Assembly: GCA_044892505.1 (NCBI GenBank)
Contig: CM097882.1
Location: 542,686,001 to 542,750,000 of the forward strand
Length of the DNA: 64,000 nucleotides
Direction of reading: 5' to 3'
Origin: Schmidtea nova
Lineage: Eukaryota
A model generated the notes under the pieces. That model was not told the DNA's origin, did no database searches, and saw only the letters and a list, made by a program, of their open reading frames with translations. The translations under genes and the position numbers were made by a program. This document shows, one piece after another, positions 61,021-64,000 of the stretch (position 1 is its first letter; each line of letters opens with the position of its first letter).

Positions 61021-62928
61021 TTTAATTAATTTGTTTATCATAGAAATGATATCTCCTTTTAAATTGGTTTCTTCTTAATTCATTAGTTGATTTATTTTTA
61101 CTTGAGCTACTGCTAGTAATTTAATATCAAAGTAATTCATAATTTCTACACTTGCAATTACACTCGTGTAAATCTTATTTGCCACAAAATATCTGATTTC
61201 AAATTATAATCCAGAAGCTTACACTTCTTATAATATTGTCTTCGTTGCTGAAAATTGATTTCCGCTATGGTATTCTGAATCCAAATTATTTTTTTACTTC
61301 ATCATTATTTCTTTTGTTGGTATATGTATCAGTCTTAATATGGTTTCATCCCCAGAAGCCAAACCTTTTGCACTTTCAAATGTATGGTTTCGTTCTTAAA
61401 ATCACTTTTTTTACATATTGAATTTTTCTGCATCACTAGTTCTAGAGTTTGTGAATATTGGAGTATTATTCTGTTGAAAAAAATGATTTTTTTCTAGTAT
61501 TTGACTGTATATGATTTGTTTTCATGTAGAAATGAAAATGACTGTGCACTTATTTTTGAATATCTACTATTCTTTTTATAACTTCCTTGCTTTTATCAAC
61601 TGATTTAGCTTCTTTTAATTTTAGTTATATTATTGTTTCTGTATCTACCATTGCGTTTTTCTTTAAAAATAACATTAATGCTGGTTCGGTTAATTTATAT
61701 TTGAAGAACATTGTCCACAAGATCTTTCATTTTGTTGAAAAATACAATTCGTGAACCTTTTACTTTTCGAAATCTTAAGAATGTGTCTAATCTATGGCTA
61801 AATTTATCTGTGACTCTACCACTTTTCGTAATATATCTTCATAACCAGAATAACTGCCTGAATTTTTTATACTTTGAATCAGCTCCATAAAAACACTTTG
61901 ATCATGATTTTATCGACTTCTTGAGGTCATTGAGTGATTTCAAAAAATTTGTTTAATTCCAGAATGAAAATTGTTAAATCACACTCAGCAGTAATTGATT
62001 AAATTGGTTGATATAGTTCTGAAATCCTGGCGTGGTCACCATGTAAGAAAACGAAATAGTTAAGCATTATTTATTTAAAATATTTCAAAAACGAAACAAG
62101 TGATTCTAATACTATTTATAGTACTTCCATTTGCATCATCTAGAAAATGGAGTATTATTAGTTTAAGCTATATTATCGATACAGATTCCATTGCATACAA
62201 ATATTCCCGCAAATTCATCAAACATTAGTGTCATAGTGACCCGGTTATATTATTAGTTTATTAAAAATTATTATATAATCTTACAATTATTANNNNNNNN
62301 NNNNNNNNNNNNNNNNNNNNNNNNNNNNNNNNNNNNNNNNNNNNNNNNNNNNNNNNNNNNNNNNNNNNNNNNNNNNNNNNNNNNNNNNNNNNNNNNNNNN
62401 NNNNNNNNNNNNNNNNNNNNNNNNNNNNNNNNNNNNNNNNNNNNNNNNNNNNNNNNNNNNNNNNNTGTATAGATAAAGTCCATAATTAAGAGGTAAATTA
62501 TAATACTTAGAATAATACATAGATATATTCAATATATATAATCAATATATATTAAAAAAACTTTTATTAAATAAATAATCATTTTTGGCGAGTTATAAAT
62601 AAAATATTTTAATGATTTGAATTATCGTCTTGCATTGACAAAATAGATACACAAATATAATATTATAATTTTTAATCTAATAAAATATTTAGAAAATTAC
62701 ATAATTTAGTACACGAATCGGTTATAAAAAAAGAGAGGCAGCGAAATCGACCGCTATTCATTCACTTTACAAATCCGGAGAAATTTTACAACAATGGTAA
62801 TGTTTTGAATTAATTGCACGTATTTTGTTTAAAGAATTTTCCTAGCATATTTCAATTTATAATTTCTCAAAATTAATAAAAATTTAATATTTAGACATGA
62901 TTAATTTTAGCTTTCAATATATAATATA

Positions 62929-63932
62929 CCCTGGCATACCAAAAGTCTCCAGTTAGGCAGGTATTTACATATTGCAGTTTATAATGAACGTCTGCAGTGC
63001 AAATATGAACAGCAATGGGAACAAAGGTCACCAACACCTTCAACATGCTACATGCGCACATTTACACACACAGAGAATATGACTACTCACACCAGACACA
63101 CAACAGTGATAACAGTGAGTCATGTTAATAAAGGATTGTCACTTTCTTAGAATATGGCTACTCGGAATGAGCTTACAGACTGGCCATCCCAAATGAACTA
63201 CTAATTATTTCCTGAGCAAGTACCGCCAGGATCAGACACAAGCAATAAGCAATGTTCAGGCCGCCCTAAACTTTTGAGCATCCGTACACAACAGCAGCTG
63301 AAACGACTTGTGGTGGCTCATCGTCGGTTCCCCTGTCGAAGTTAGTGTCCACATTTAACACTGGCACTGTGCATGCCAGCATGTCCATCATTCGTCGCTC
63401 ATTACATTTTCACGGTTTCTATGGTAAATACTGCTCAAGAAGGCCTTTGATTACAGAAACAATTTGTCGCCGTCGCTTGAAGTGCTGCCAGAAGAGAAGG
63501 AGTTGGACATCAAGACACTGGTGCTCAGTCATTTGGAGTGATGAATCACGTTTATACATACTTCTCACATTATGAAGGAATTATTTCTGCAGCACAGCAT
63601 CAACGTTTTTGATTGCGTTCCACAAAGCCCTGATCTGAACCCTATTGAGTTTCTGTAAGACATCTTTGGTAGACGAGTTTGAAAAAGGATTCCCATTGCC
63701 CGTAACGCATCTGAACACATCTCCATGATTTCCTGGCAAAAGTGATCGATACAATGCATAAACGAGTGCGCCTTGTTATCCAGATGAAAGGTAATATAAC
63801 GAAGCACTAACTCTCTCAGCACTACAGACATTGAGTATTCGTGTGTGTTTGTGACATTTGTTCCCATTGCTGTTCATTATAAACTGCAATTTACAAATAG
63901 CTGCCTGACTGGAGACTTTTGATAGGTCCGGG
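62929..63932 (+). mobile_element. Tc1-like transposon with internal deletion
   Basis: TA flanks; TIR ccctggcataccaaaagtctccag / ctggagacttttgataggtccggg; VIWSDESR and SPDLNPIE remnants. Confidence 0.88.
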
Positions 63933-64000
63933 TATATCATATGCTTAATGGATTTAGGCTAATTTGACTGGATAATTGTTTTCAAAATGATAATTTATGA

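Noticed and set aside
61200-62100. Decayed minus-strand coding-like region, possibly retrotransposon gag
   Set aside because: No LTRs, no clear CCHC or protease motif; similarity is only impressionistic.

Overview
AT-rich eukaryotic, probably animal, genomic DNA with N-masked blocks, dominated by mobile DNA that lies inside the very large introns of a + strand host gene. Four phase-compatible exons (4902-5113, 14447-14570, 34494-34619, 45817-45966) encode two SUEL/galactose-rhamnose-lectin-like domains. The main element is a decayed but near-complete 15.4-kb Polinton/Maverick (adintovirus-like) element at 15697-31108. It has AGTAG...CTACT ends, ~1.35-kb TIRs and a GTTAAC target-site duplication, and it is inserted in the RT gene of a Penelope-like element (PLE). 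It carries pPolB, adenain protease, major and minor capsid proteins, integrase and packaging ATPase, plus a TBP-like gene, a DEDD-like ORF and an ORF inside each TIR. A second, more deleted relative lies at ~36.9-45.0 kb. Both copies share ~40-nt intron positions in integrase and protease and a splice acceptor in front of a start-less pPolB N-terminus. Smaller elements with Polinton-type ends occur at 18402, 32474-33289 and 50160-56338. Also present: a 2.2-kb PLE fold-back, several hairpins of the PLE 3' repeat with hammerhead-like motifs, two short TIR-like cassettes that each carry a captured ORF plus a proteasome alpha pseudogene, and mariner, Tc1, Tigger/pogo and piggyBac remnants. All calls are by-eye motif recognition; no database searches were run.
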